A stretch of 64,000 nt of DNA from an uncultured virus (IMG/VR IMGVR_UViG_3300027754_005401) (IMGVR_UViG_3300027754_005401), one strand, 5' to 3'; shown: positions 8,413 through 18,967, numbered from the stretch's first letter. A program made the numbers and translations. Notes: generated by a model not told the origin, from the letters alone.

Positions 8413-10110
8413 TTATTTGTCACTATTGTGTAGGTGCATAAAGCTTTGATCCAAAGTCATTCCATTTTTTGGAATATAAGGATTGCTTAGGTTTGGCCAA
8501 GTATCACTTCCTTGATTAGTAGCTAAACCATCACCTTCTGTAGTGTTTGGATCTTTATCATTTACTTGAGGAATAACATCCTTAAGAACATAAGGATTAT
8601 TCAAGGCTGGGAAAATATCTTTACCAGCAGAAGTATATGCAGATTTTGCAGAGTTATCTATGCCAATTTTATTACCATCAGAAGTTACAACACCTTTATA
8701 ATCACCGTTATATTTGCTTGGGAAAGCTTCAATTTTAGCTTTCTTAGCAAGAATAGGATGATCGCCATTTAAAGAATTGTGTGGTTTGTCATAATTACCA
8801 ATAGTATTGCTTGACATTGCAATATTTGAAGCTTCTGTTAAAGACTTAATTAAATTATTACCAGCTTCTAAAACATTATAATTTAATTCACTATCACCAG
8901 AAATAACAAGCTTAAGATCTTCAAGACCTTCGGAAATTTTTGCTTTTGCTAACTTATTTCCATTGTTTCTTGAAATAACATTATATACTTCATCGAGTAT
9001 TTTATATGCATCTACAAAAGATTGAAATTCACGATTGTATTGATCATCAAGACCTGGTAATACTTTTTCGCAAGTTTTACGATAAGCATTATAATCTTCT
9101 GTATATTCTTGGCCATTAATCTTGAATACTTTATTAACACTGTCTGCGTAAGCATTATGTGCAGTTCTTAAAATGCCTTCTGCCATAAAGTTACAAGTTT
9201 GATCATCATAATTATTACTATCAGATGCTTCTAATGATTCTTTTATCATGTTAGCTAGTTCATTTTGGTTTAAGAAAACTAAACTTGGCCAAGCACCAAC
9301 AATATTTTCAAGAGTAGTTTCTACTTCTTTAACATCTGAAACAGCGTTTGCTCTACGCAAATCATTAATAGCTCTTAAAAAATTATTTTCTTTAACAAGT
9401 TTTTTAGCATTAGATCTTTGATAAGTAACCTCAGAGCTTGGAGTTTTCCAATTAAATGAAAGTATTTTTCCTTCATTTCTTAATTTCAAACGAGGTAGTT
9501 TTACAGAAACAACATTGTTACTATTATCGTGGGATAAAGAAACATTATTAAATAAAGGATTTCCTTTTTTGAAATTTAAGAATTCTTGTATGTTTTCAGA
9601 CATTGCTTTGAATTCTTCAATTTTAGATTTTCTGAAAAGCATTTTTACACTATCAAATTCAGAAGGTTTGTTATAGCTAGATTCATTAATTTTATTGGCT
9701 TTTTTATTCTTACCAAGTCCTTCTTTGAATACTTTTTTGTTAATTGGCATGTGTATATAGTTTTCAAACATTTCACTAGCAAGGTTTTTTTTATCTTCTA
9801 GAATTGCTTCAACCATATTGGTAATAAACTTTTTATTAGCAACTCTTTCAGATTCTTCATTAACGACTAATTCCTTAATATTATCTAACAAAAGATTGTT
9901 ATTATCTAAGTTATAAGTTGCGTGAATGTAAGTATCTTGTGGAGTAACAAAAGTTACTTCCGTTTCGTTAAGACAATGAACCTTTAAAGATTCAAGCCTT
10001 AGCCTTTTAGCTAAAATATCGCAAGATTCATTAATTTCTTTCATAGCGACATTAATAGATTTTTTTTCAATTTCATTAATAACATTGATATCAATAAGTT
10101 TTCTCTTCAT
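8413..10110 (-). CDS. Large putative prohead core or internal head protein
   Basis: Between portal and protease (position of T4 gp67/gp68); many I/L-x-E candidate gp21 sites; C-terminal repeated P.L.NPY motif. Confidence 0.5.
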   Translation of the reverse strand: MKRKLIDINVINEIEKKSINVAMKEINESCDILAKRLRLESLKVHCLNETEVTFVTPQDTYIHATYNLDNNNLLLDNIKELVVNEESERVANKKFITNMVEAILEDKKNLASEMFENYIHMPINKKVFKEGLGKNKKANKINESSYNKPSEFDSVKMLFRKSKIEEFKAMSENIQEFLNFKKGNPLFNNVSLSHDNSNNVVSVKLPRLKLRNEGKILSFNWKTPSSEVTYQRSNAKKLVKENNFLRAINDLRRANAVSDVKEVETTLENIVGAWPSLVFLNQNELANMIKESLEASDSNNYDDQTCNFMAEGILRTAHNAYADSVNKVFKINGQEYTEDYNAYRKTCEKVLPGLDDQYNREFQSFVDAYKILDEVYNVISRNNGNKLAKAKISEGLEDLKLVISGDSELNYNVLEAGNNLIKSLTEASNIAMSSNTIGNYDKPHNSLNGDHPILAKKAKIEAFPSKYNGDYKGVVTSDGNKIGIDNSAKSAYTSAGKDIFPALNNPYVLKDVIPQVNDKDPNTTEGDGLATNQGSDTWPNLSNPYIPKNGMTLDQSFMHLHNSDK

Positions 10111-10324
10111 CTTTATGCTCCCTAATTAGGTTTCAACAAAATATTTATTGAATCACTTCTCAATTTTTATTTTTTTATAGATTGTGTTACAATCTTTTGT
10201 TCTCATGAGAAACAAATTTAGCTTTTTACTAAAACTAAAAATAAAATAAAATTTATGAACTTTTTTATATGTTCACATATTACATAGTTATGTATGCATA
10301 AGTTTTGAAAATTAAAGGAAAAAG

Positions 10325-10624
10325 ATGTATTCTTTTAAAAAATTTATAAAAATCAAAGAAGCGTATCAAGTAGATATTGAATATGATTATGTAACTGAAT
10401 TGGATGATATAATTAATGCTGCTAAGATATTTATCATTAAAAACCCTAAAAAAATGAAAGAATTTCTTGAAAAGGAAAGTAAGAATGATGAGGAATTAAA
10501 GAATTTATATCAATTTAAATTTTTAGATAAAAGTAACCAACTTAATAATATTAAAAAACCTAATACTCCACTTGGGTATTTTGCTGGATATGATTTTTTG
10601 CAAAAAATTGATTCTCCAATATGA
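10325..10624 (+). CDS. Hypothetical protein with capsid-targeting-like N-terminus
   Basis: MYSFKKFIKIKEA; RBS aagga. Confidence 0.55.
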   Translation: MYSFKKFIKIKEAYQVDIEYDYVTELDDIINAAKIFIIKNPKKMKEFLEKESKNDEELKNLYQFKFLDKSNQLNNIKKPNTPLGYFAGYDFLQKIDSPI

Positions 10625-10672
10625 TAAAAGTTATCAATACTGTATATTGTGTTTAATAAATAAAATTAATTA

Positions 10673-13201
10673 TTAAAAATTTTCTTCTGAATGATCAATA
10701 TCTTCATGATCTTGCTCAGAAGCATAGTCTTCAATATTCATATCGTATTTTTCTAAATCTTCTTTGCTTGGTTCCGCTAAAAGCGAACCAGATTGTTTTG
10801 AACTTGTAGGAGGAGTAGTACCGCCTAATTCTCCACCTGTATCAGGACTTGGAGAAGTTTCGCCACTTTCTGGTGGCTGTAATAATGTATTTGGGCCTTC
10901 AGGGGTTGCTCCAATTTCAGGATTTTCCTTAGAATCTGTTCCTTCGGCAGGAATACCTACACCAAGAAGCTGAGGATTTTGAGTAATAATTTGCATCTTA
11001 GCATCTTCAAGTTTTTGAAGTTTCATTCTTGCTACAATTTCTTCAGTCTCATCAGGAGTATACTTCATCCACTTGTTTAGAATGTCATAATCAGAAAGCA
11101 TAAGAGAACTCTTTAGAGATGTGGCATTTGTAATTCTAGCTGCCATAACATCTGCTCTGCTAAGTTCTCTCCAATCTGATGGAGGAGTCATTTTTATAGT
11201 TAAATCTAAATATGATTCTTTGGGATAACCTTTTAACCTTAAATGTCTATCAGCAATTTCCCATAAGCCATCTTCGAAGCAAGATTGAAATCTTTCAATT
11301 AATCTTGCAAATCTAACATCTTGAGCACTTAATGAAATTTTTGTAATATTTACATCTTCAACATTAAAATAATTTTTAGGAAAATTAAGTGCTGTGAATA
11401 ATTTATTTCTAAAGTACAAGCAATCATCTACCTCACCTAAGTTTTGAGCACCAGGTAATGTTTCAATTTTAGTATTGCTATTTGGTCTTATTGGTAGCCA
11501 ATAATCTTCGTCTTGCGAAGGAGCATGCCATTTTTCATCTACACTATTTGCACCAGATGAGTAACGCATTTGCGTTTTTCTTTTTCTAAATTGATCTTTC
11601 ATTCTTTCGATAAATGATTCTGCTTTAAATGGAGGCAAAGTACCAACATCTATGTAAAAAACCCTGCGTTCTGGTGCTCTACTTAGTCTGTAAACAAGCA
11701 TTGCATCTTCACATAGTCTTACTTGTTGTGCAGGTCCTCTGGCAGCTTCAACAACTGAAACACCATAAGGATAAAAGCTTTTCCTATCTTCTCCAATTCT
11801 GATGTGAATTATTTGTTCTGGTGCAAATCTTATTGCTGTAGAATTTATCATTTGCGTATCAGTAGTAGCTACTATTGGAGAAGAAATTAAAGATGTGTAA
11901 TCTGGCCCTTCTTTGCTTTGTTGAAACTCAACTATTTTACCTTTTGTAGTTTCTATTCGATACATAGAATCAACTGGCAACCTTGCAATTTTATAAATTC
12001 CCTCTGTAGGATTTTCTTGATTAATTACAATTTCCCAAAACAAATCTCCATAAACTAAAAGATTTTTAAAATCTCCCCAAACTGTACGATTTAAATTAAG
12101 CATGCTTCTGTGATAAAGCAAAAATTTTAATTCTGATTTAATATCTTCATTTTCACAAGAAATTGTAAAAATATTACCATCTGTATCTCTTTGGCAATTA
12201 TGAACAATAATTGAATCTGTTGCGAAGTTATGATGGTTTTCAACTGTCATATCATATACTTCCTGTACAGATCCTTTTTCTACAGCCATTACAACTCTTC
12301 TGTCTTTATAAGTTTTTAAATACTTCATTTCTTTTACAGAAAATCCATTTTTGCTAAGTCTATATTTTGTAGTTCTCCAATCAACTTTAGTTAAGGTTGC
12401 AACATCTTTGCATTTTAATCCAAGGCTTATAAGTTTCGTTGTTTCGTTTATTTTTTCATATTTATTTAAATCTTTTTCAGCTTTAAATTCTTCAATAAAT
12501 TGTCTTTCGTGAATCCATCCCTTTTGGTGGGTGTATATTCTTGGAAATTGATTTATTTTTGATTTTGTTAAATCTTGATTTGCTTTTAATCTATAAAATG
12601 GCATTAATTGATCATGAAATTTTAAGTCGCCAGCTTGTTTCCAAGTTCCATTTTTCATTAAAATACGATGATCAGCAGTACATTCAATGTGTTCACCATT
12701 ATCAAAATATACCTTTACTGTTTCTGCTGTTTTTGTAATTCTTACATCGTAAGCCCAACTTAAGGCATAATCTTCTTTTTCAAAATCATAACAATAAACT
12801 AAAAATTTCTGATTTTTCTTTATTTCATATAATTCTTTTATAGTTTTTTGACCAAAAGGCGTTGATATTTTTGTATCGCCAGCCAAGCAAGCTTCATCTG
12901 TATAAACATTTATTACAGATTCAATTTCTGGCATAGATCTTAATCTATCATATTCCTTATATCTACTCATTCTATTTGAAATCGTAGAAAGATCTATAAA
13001 ATCATTGCTTTCTCTTAGTCTTACCAACCTTTGATCTTGATTTCCATAAAATCCACCGTCTGGTGAAATAGAAGGAACTGAATCTGGATTTTGAATACCA
13101 GCACCAACAATATCTCTCGTAGAAATCTTTTTAGAGATTGGATCATCTGAGAAAGCGTAAGTAAAAGTCTTGTAAAAATTAGCCCAAATTGGTGAAGGCA
13201 T
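10673..13201 (-). CDS. gp20: Portal vertex protein (gp20-like) interrupted by an intein
   Basis: YRLSRAPERRVFYIDVGTLP, EDYWLP, IETLPGAQNLGE and F...I.RFQ motifs of T4-type portals. Confidence 0.95.
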   Translation of the reverse strand: MPSPIWANFYKTFTYAFSDDPISKKISTRDIVGAGIQNPDSVPSISPDGGFYGNQDQRLVRLRESNDFIDLSTISNRMSRYKEYDRLRSMPEIESVINVYTDEACLAGDTKISTPFGQKTIKELYEIKKNQKFLVYCYDFEKEDYALSWAYDVRITKTAETVKVYFDNGEHIECTADHRILMKNGTWKQAGDLKFHDQLMPFYRLKANQDLTKSKINQFPRIYTHQKGWIHERQFIEEFKAEKDLNKYEKINETTKLISLGLKCKDVATLTKVDWRTTKYRLSKNGFSVKEMKYLKTYKDRRVVMAVEKGSVQEVYDMTVENHHNFATDSIIVHNCQRDTDGNIFTISCENEDIKSELKFLLYHRSMLNLNRTVWGDFKNLLVYGDLFWEIVINQENPTEGIYKIARLPVDSMYRIETTKGKIVEFQQSKEGPDYTSLISSPIVATTDTQMINSTAIRFAPEQIIHIRIGEDRKSFYPYGVSVVEAARGPAQQVRLCEDAMLVYRLSRAPERRVFYIDVGTLPPFKAESFIERMKDQFRKRKTQMRYSSGANSVDEKWHAPSQDEDYWLPIRPNSNTKIETLPGAQNLGEVDDCLYFRNKLFTALNFPKNYFNVEDVNITKISLSAQDVRFARLIERFQSCFEDGLWEIADRHLRLKGYPKESYLDLTIKMTPPSDWRELSRADVMAARITNATSLKSSLMLSDYDILNKWMKYTPDETEEIVARMKLQKLEDAKMQIITQNPQLLGVGIPAEGTDSKENPEIGATPEGPNTLLQPPESGETSPSPDTGGELGGTTPPTSSKQSGSLLAEPSKEDLEKYDMNIEDYASEQDHEDIDHSEENF
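12197..12889 (-). mobile_element. Intein (231 aa) in the portal protein
   Basis: Starts CLAGDTKIS after ...TDEA; block B ECTADHRI; block F VYDMTV.NHHNF; ends IVHN followed by Cys+1 (CQRD). Confidence 0.93.
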
Positions 13202-13247
13202 ATAATTCCTTTGAATCTTTATATTATTATTATTATAATAGTTATAA

Positions 13248-13862
13248 ATGTTAAGTTTAAAATTATTACAAAAGAAAGCTATTTTACTTGCAAGCCATTA
13301 TGGTTGTGAGGTCTTTAATTTATATAACAATTTAATTAATATCAATAGAATCAACGGATTTTTGAGGAAAAGTCCTAAAAGAATTAGTGATTACGATGAT
13401 CCAGCATGTTCTTATTTATTTTCAAATAAACATTTATATCCAAAAAAAGACAAGATATATTTAGATGTTTTGTTATTTAATTACCAAATAAGCTGTAAAG
13501 AATTATTTAAAAATCAGAGTTTAGAATTTTTATTCTATTTAGGAAATGGAATTTCTACAGTAGAAAAAATTGTACAAACTACTGGATTGGAAAAAGAAGC
13601 TGCAAGAAGATATTATTGTTTTAGATTAAGAAGGCTTTGCGAAATGATAGAAAAGCTTCCAAATTGTTATGTTTTCATCGAAGGAATTTCTAAACTTGAA
13701 AATTTAAGTATTTATCTTAACGAAAAGTATAAAATTATACCTGATGTTAAATTAAATTATTCTATAAAAATTGAAAGTCAAGGAATTCCTGAAAATTGCT
13801 TTGAAAGATATTATGCTTTTATACAGCACTGCGATGAGAAAAAATTTCTTAAAATAATTTAA
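13248..13862 (+). CDS. Hypothetical protein
   Basis: 204-aa ORF filling the gap between portal and 13859..14176; no motif recognised. Confidence 0.55.
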   Translation: MLSLKLLQKKAILLASHYGCEVFNLYNNLININRINGFLRKSPKRISDYDDPACSYLFSNKHLYPKKDKIYLDVLLFNYQISCKELFKNQSLEFLFYLGNGISTVEKIVQTTGLEKEAARRYYCFRLRRLCEMIEKLPNCYVFIEGISKLENLSIYLNEKYKIIPDVKLNYSIKIESQGIPENCFERYYAFIQHCDEKKFLKII

Positions 13863-14176
13863 TCGATCAGAATTGTTATTGGGTTGTTTTCTTGAGAATT
13901 AGTAGGATTTTTAATTTTTTTAATGTTTTTTTCTTGTTCTTTAATCATATTATCAAGATTATTTACAATTGTTTTTAATTGATAATCATTAAGTTGCACA
14001 GCTAAATTATTGGAAATATTATTTTGTTCTCTTTTATCTCTTTTTTTTTCAACTTTTTCAACAATAGAAAGTGCAGACCTAAGAATTGGTTTAATATTTT
14101 CAAAAACAAAGTCATTAGGTGTATTCTGCAAAGCCAATAATAAATGTTTTTTTAAAATACTAGTATTATGTTTCAT
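13859..14176 (-). CDS. Hypothetical coiled-coil protein
   Basis: RBS aagga; tightly packed downstream of 14178..14999. Confidence 0.6.
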   Translation of the reverse strand: MKHNTSILKKHLLLALQNTPNDFVFENIKPILRSALSIVEKVEKKRDKREQNNISNNLAVQLNDYQLKTIVNNLDNMIKEQEKNIKKIKNPTNSQENNPITILID

Positions 14177-14177
14177 G

Positions 14178-14999
14178 TTATTTCCTTATAAAGTCAAATA
14201 TTTGAAATTTATTATCAAAAATAGAAAAAGCATTTTTGTCGTCAGATACAACTTCATTTTTCCTGCATTTTACCTGAATATTATTTTTAAAAGGCCTAAT
14301 ACTTAATTTTTCATTTTCTAAAAACGCACATTTTAAAAACAACATATTTTTCTTAACTTCATCTATGTTTTTTATATGTTCAAAACTTACAAATAAATTA
14401 ATTAAAGATTTATCTTTATTTCTATTTTCAAAAAATTCATTAAATTCTTTGTTTTTACAATTTAAAATATTTATTTTTTTATTTTCAAAATTAATATTCA
14501 ATTCAAATTCTTCTTTTTTATTTGTAATTTTAAATTTATTTATAGGTAAAAAACAATCATAATCTTTAGATGTTATTTCAAAATAATCATCTTTATTAGT
14601 TGATATTAGCATCTCAGAAATTAATAATTTTGCATAATTAGCATTTTTAAATGTTTGATTGCTTAATTCATCTGCATAGCTTTCAAAAAAATCATTTATG
14701 CAATTGTCATCAGCGTATATTTTTAAAAAATCTGGTATTGCATTTTCTTTATAATAATTTCTACATTCTACTAAAAATTCATTTTTATTTTTATTAATAT
14801 TTCTATTAAATAATGAAATTTCTTTCAAACTTAATTTGTCTAGATTGTAATCAATAAAATTTTTATCAATTAAACAATTTTTAATCCATTCCGATGAAAA
14901 CATATTATTTCTTAATGCTTTTTTATATTCATTAAGTTTTATTTTTATACTTAGCTTAGTTTCTTTTTTAAGTAAGCTTTCTTTAAAAGATATTACCAT
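14178..14999 (-). CDS. Hypothetical protein
   Basis: Start overlaps the terminase stop region; MVISFKESLL N-terminus. Confidence 0.55.
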   Translation of the reverse strand: MVISFKESLLKKETKLSIKIKLNEYKKALRNNMFSSEWIKNCLIDKNFIDYNLDKLSLKEISLFNRNINKNKNEFLVECRNYYKENAIPDFLKIYADDNCINDFFESYADELSNQTFKNANYAKLLISEMLISTNKDDYFEITSKDYDCFLPINKFKITNKKEEFELNINFENKKINILNCKNKEFNEFFENRNKDKSLINLFVSFEHIKNIDEVKKNMLFLKCAFLENEKLSIRPFKNNIQVKCRKNEVVSDDKNAFSIFDNKFQIFDFIRK

Positions 15000-16777
15000 C
15001 CAAACTCCTTAAGCATGTCATTGTTTTTTCTGTACTTTTCTATTAATAAAGTCTTTGCTTCTTCGTTTAATTTACTGCCTTCAAACTTATCTTCTTTATA
15101 ATTATTGCCATAATCTGATATATTTAATCTTAACTCTCTTTTAAGTTCTTCTAATGTTTGATTTTTAATCACAGCTAAATTATTTGGATCTGTAGAATTA
15201 TTATCTCCAACATTAAATGAAGCTATATCTCTAAAAATTTGTTCTCTTGCGTATAAAGCTATAGATAAAGACATTATAGCATCATCATGCTTTCCTTTTT
15301 GTGCTTGGGCTTTTTTACTTACTGTATTATATTCAAATGTTTTAATCTCTTTGGAAAATCTTGTGGAATTAATTTTAATTTGACTATTATAAATTTTTTG
15401 TTGTAAGTTTTGTAAAATTACTGTTCGATTTTTAATCGTAATTTTAATACCAGGCTTTATATTGTTTTTAGTTTGATTGTCATAGTACAAATTTTCATAA
15501 TAATAATCATGTTGTAGAGCATTTAATATTGCACCTCCTGTGGACATATCTTCAATTACCAACAAAGCATTATTGTAAAAAGAGCCTATTTCTTTACAGA
15601 CTTGAGAAAATTCATGGGTTGGAATATTATTACTATAAAATTCAGCTACTTGCTCTAAGGTATTTTGATTTATTATTTGTATACATGAATTATCTCCGTG
15701 ATCTCCAATTCCTTCGGCTGAATCTACACCAGCTATATATTCTTGTCCATTTTGCGGTTCTTTCCATATCCATAAAGAACCTTTAGAATCTTCTTCTTCT
15801 AATTCATCGTTCCGATTTGCAAATTGAGGAAATAATTTTTTTAATGGTGGTGATTCTCTAGTGTATTTATCTATCTCAGTCAACTTATTAGAAGCAATAT
15901 AAGTTTCTCCAGAACCTAAAAACACCCTTAGCACTTCTTGTAAAAACCCTCTTTCTCCAAGTTGAGATTTTTGTTCTTTTACCCATTGTGGATTTAGTTT
16001 ATCATTATAATCAGGATGTTCCCAATAATCTAAATCAATAACATTAAACATGTTTTTCTTTTCATTTGCAGCATTATAAGTTTCTTCGTACCAGTTACCA
16101 ACACCGTTTACAGTAGAAATTATAACACAGCTTCCACCTGTACTTAAAACAGGCCACATAGCTTTCCAATGAGTTTCCATATCTGGGATAAATGCAGCTT
16201 CATCAATTATTAATAATGTTGTTGCTTTACCACGGGCAGCTTCAGGCGAATAAAACATTAAATTGCCACCAGTTTCAGAAAATTGCTTTAAATGATCATT
16301 CCATTTTCCTTCTTTTTTTGGCTTCAACCATTCTGGTAAATTTTCTGCTGCTCTGTCTACCATCATACCAATAACAGTTGCTTCACGATCAGTTTTTGAT
16401 AAAAGCATGACTTGTTGATCTAACCTAAACATACATCGCCACATTCCCCAAAGCAAAGTAGTGGTCGTTAATCCTCCTTGACGGAATTTACTAATAATAT
16501 TAAATCTTTTTCTCTCGTAATCTTTAATACATTTTACTTGATAAGTAAACATAATAAATGGTATCAAGCCTTTTGTTGGATGTAGTATTTTTACATATTT
16601 ATGACAAAAATAAGAGAAACTTTTAGTGCATTTTACAATTTCTTCTTGTTGTTTTCTTACATCATAAGTATTTAATTCAGCTACGGTTTCATTTGGATTA
16701 ATTTCAAATTGATAGTTATCAAAATGATAGAAGCTTTGATTGTATTTACTGTAATAAAAATTTTTATAATTTGCCAT
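14993..16777 (-). CDS. gp17: Terminase large subunit, gp17-like
   Basis: KILHPTKGLIPF, Walker A variant KFRQGGLTT, Walker B LIIDEAAFI, STVNG, nuclease motifs GVDSAEG.GD.S and HDDAIMS. Confidence 0.95.
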   Translation of the reverse strand: MANYKNFYYSKYNQSFYHFDNYQFEINPNETVAELNTYDVRKQQEEIVKCTKSFSYFCHKYVKILHPTKGLIPFIMFTYQVKCIKDYERKRFNIISKFRQGGLTTTTLLWGMWRCMFRLDQQVMLLSKTDREATVIGMMVDRAAENLPEWLKPKKEGKWNDHLKQFSETGGNLMFYSPEAARGKATTLLIIDEAAFIPDMETHWKAMWPVLSTGGSCVIISTVNGVGNWYEETYNAANEKKNMFNVIDLDYWEHPDYNDKLNPQWVKEQKSQLGERGFLQEVLRVFLGSGETYIASNKLTEIDKYTRESPPLKKLFPQFANRNDELEEEDSKGSLWIWKEPQNGQEYIAGVDSAEGIGDHGDNSCIQIINQNTLEQVAEFYSNNIPTHEFSQVCKEIGSFYNNALLVIEDMSTGGAILNALQHDYYYENLYYDNQTKNNIKPGIKITIKNRTVILQNLQQKIYNSQIKINSTRFSKEIKTFEYNTVSKKAQAQKGKHDDAIMSLSIALYAREQIFRDIASFNVGDNNSTDPNNLAVIKNQTLEELKRELRLNISDYGNNYKEDKFEGSKLNEEAKTLLIEKYRKNNDMLKEFGW

Positions 16778-16848
16778 TGGTTTCTCTTGTTTTATATACT
16801 ATGTTTATTTATAATATTATTGTTATTATTTAATAAAAAGGAGATAAT

Positions 16849-17286
16849 ATGAATTTAGAAACATTAATTCAAAATTTAAAAGAAGATTTAAAAAACGAAA
16901 GAAAGCATATGCTTTTTTATTTAACAAACGCAAGTACTGTAATAGGACTTTGTAGATTTGAAATAAAAGAGTTTTTATTAGAAGAAGCTGCTAGTGAGAT
17001 GAAACATGTTGAACAATTTCAAAATTTAATTTTAGGATTAAATGGTGAAATTAATGATTGTGAGCATAATCACTTTGATGTATTTAAAGATGCTGGTGAA
17101 ATATTAACATATGCTTACAAGATGGAAACTGAAGTAGTTTATAACTACACAAGAAGAATTAAAGAAGCACAAGAATTAAATGACTCTAATGGATTATGGA
17201 TTGAAATATTCTTAGAAAGTCAAATTGCTAAGAGCAGAGAAGATATAGATAACATTAAACAGGTATTGGCAGGTATTAAACAATAG
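16849..17286 (+). CDS. Ferritin/bacterioferritin-like four-helix bundle protein
   Basis: NE...Y, EEAASEMKH (ExxH) and METEVVYNY di-iron ligand spacing; 145 aa; RBS aggag. Confidence 0.75.
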   Translation: MNLETLIQNLKEDLKNERKHMLFYLTNASTVIGLCRFEIKEFLLEEAASEMKHVEQFQNLILGLNGEINDCEHNHFDVFKDAGEILTYAYKMETEVVYNYTRRIKEAQELNDSNGLWIEIFLESQIAKSREDIDNIKQVLAGIKQ

Positions 17287-17330
17287 TAAAAATACTTATT
17301 AATAATTTTTATATTATTAATAAATATTAC

Positions 17331-18014
17331 ATGCCAATATCAACACCCAAAAAATTAGTATTTGTTCATGTGCCAAAAACTGGTGGCCAAACAATTTTGA
17401 AGTATTTAAAATTTGAAAGAAAAATCAGAGCTTTTTACGGTAGAACAAAACATGTTTTTGAAAATACTAAATACGGTAAAAAAACAATTTCTGGTATTGA
17501 ATATAGCCATTATACTTTAAGCCTTTTTAAAAAATATTTAAATTACAAAGAATTTAAATATTCTTTTTCTTTTGTAAGAAATCCATTTGAAAGATTAGTT
17601 TCAGAGTTTCATTGGAGAATAAGAGCAAGAATCTCGTGTTGGCCTCTCCAAGATATAGAGCTTAAACCAAGTAACTTTGAAATGTTTGTACATAAATTAT
17701 CAGAATATAAACTTAGTTATTCTGAAAAAGATCTTATCTTGGAATCTCATTATTACCCACAGACTAAATTTGTTTATTTAGATTCATATTTTGAAAATAA
17801 TAATAAAAATGCAAAGGTTTCATTTATTGGTAGATTTGAAAATTTAGAAGAAGATTTAAAAAAAATAGGATCTATTTATAATATTGATCGTATAATTCCT
17901 TGGCGAAATTCCACATCACATGAAGACTATAAAAGTTTCTATAACAAAACTACTAAAAAGCTAGTTGAGAAAATTTATGAAACTGACTTAAATAATTTTA
18001 ATTATATTTTTTGA
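17331..18014 (+). CDS. Sulfotransferase family protein (Sulfotransfer_2-like)
   Basis: FVHVPKTGGQTI (5'-PSB loop), FVRNPFERLVSEF (3'-PB), HYYPQ, IGRFENL, YETD..F.Y. Confidence 0.88.
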   Translation: MPISTPKKLVFVHVPKTGGQTILKYLKFERKIRAFYGRTKHVFENTKYGKKTISGIEYSHYTLSLFKKYLNYKEFKYSFSFVRNPFERLVSEFHWRIRARISCWPLQDIELKPSNFEMFVHKLSEYKLSYSEKDLILESHYYPQTKFVYLDSYFENNNKNAKVSFIGRFENLEEDLKKIGSIYNIDRIIPWRNSTSHEDYKSFYNKTTKKLVEKIYETDLNNFNYIF

Positions 18015-18083
18015 AAATTATGTTACTTATTATAAATAAAATTAAGAAAACTATATCAGTTAAAATATAAGAAAGCAGAAGTT

Positions 18084-18956
18084 ATGGCATTTTTTCAAAA
18101 TCCGTTTGAGTTTACATTTAATGGTTCTTTATTTGGGATTGGCCCTCAATACAATATTTCCTATGGAATAGGGGCAAATAGAAATAAATCTAATTATATT
18201 ACTTTGTATAATCTTGAACCTTATGATTTGTCTCAAGGAGCAGAATTAATTTTTAATGTTGCAATTGATCCAGACATGCTTCACTTTGGTTCTTTTTCTG
18301 TTACTATAACAGGATTAGATCTTACTGCTATTACAGCTGCTGAAGTTGCTGCATCTTTAAATTCGAATGTTAATTTTAGTCAATATTTTACTGCGAAAAC
18401 TATTAAATTTGCTGCGAGCGATATTAATAGTACAGTTTTAATGGTTGCTAAAAATAGAATGTTCTTTAGATGTTATGTTTCTAATGCAAGTGCATGCTTT
18501 CCTTTAGCTATAAATAAATATGCACCAGTTAAAGAGCTTCCAGATCTTTTTCAACAATATGCTGTTAAAAATATTTTTAACTATTTAAGCTATGGATCTC
18601 AAAGAATAATTTATCTAGATCCTTCTTCTCCTGATGATGCTAAGGTTATTACTAATGCTGGATTTGATCCTGATAATCCAACTCCTGATTGGAAGCTCCT
18701 TGCTAGTGCATCTCCTCTTTATACATTTACTAAAACAGTTTATAATTCTGAAGATTCTTCCATTTATTGTAAATTAGTTTATCACGCTGGTGCTATTGCT
18801 GGTCAAATGTGTAAGAAAATTATTTATGAATATGATGAAAGTGAAAATGTCATTGGAGTATGTGAAATACCTTATATTTTAAAAAATGATGATTTAATAT
18901 ATCCAGCAACTACAACTACAACTACAACTACAACTACAACTACTCCTACTCCTTAA
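18084..18956 (+). CDS. Hypothetical, possibly virion-associated protein with poly-Thr C-terminus
   Basis: TAAEVAASLN motif common in phage structural proteins; ends PATTTTTTTTTTTTPTP. Confidence 0.55.
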   Translation: MAFFQNPFEFTFNGSLFGIGPQYNISYGIGANRNKSNYITLYNLEPYDLSQGAELIFNVAIDPDMLHFGSFSVTITGLDLTAITAAEVAASLNSNVNFSQYFTAKTIKFAASDINSTVLMVAKNRMFFRCYVSNASACFPLAINKYAPVKELPDLFQQYAVKNIFNYLSYGSQRIIYLDPSSPDDAKVITNAGFDPDNPTPDWKLLASASPLYTFTKTVYNSEDSSIYCKLVYHAGAIAGQMCKKIIYEYDESENVIGVCEIPYILKNDDLIYPATTTTTTTTTTTTPTP

Positions 18957-18967
18957 TTTATAGAAGA

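Noticed and set aside
10111..10324. Longer intergenic gap as a possible ncRNA or tRNA
   Set aside because: Very AT-rich with no cloverleaf or convincing stable structure; more likely a divergent promoter region.
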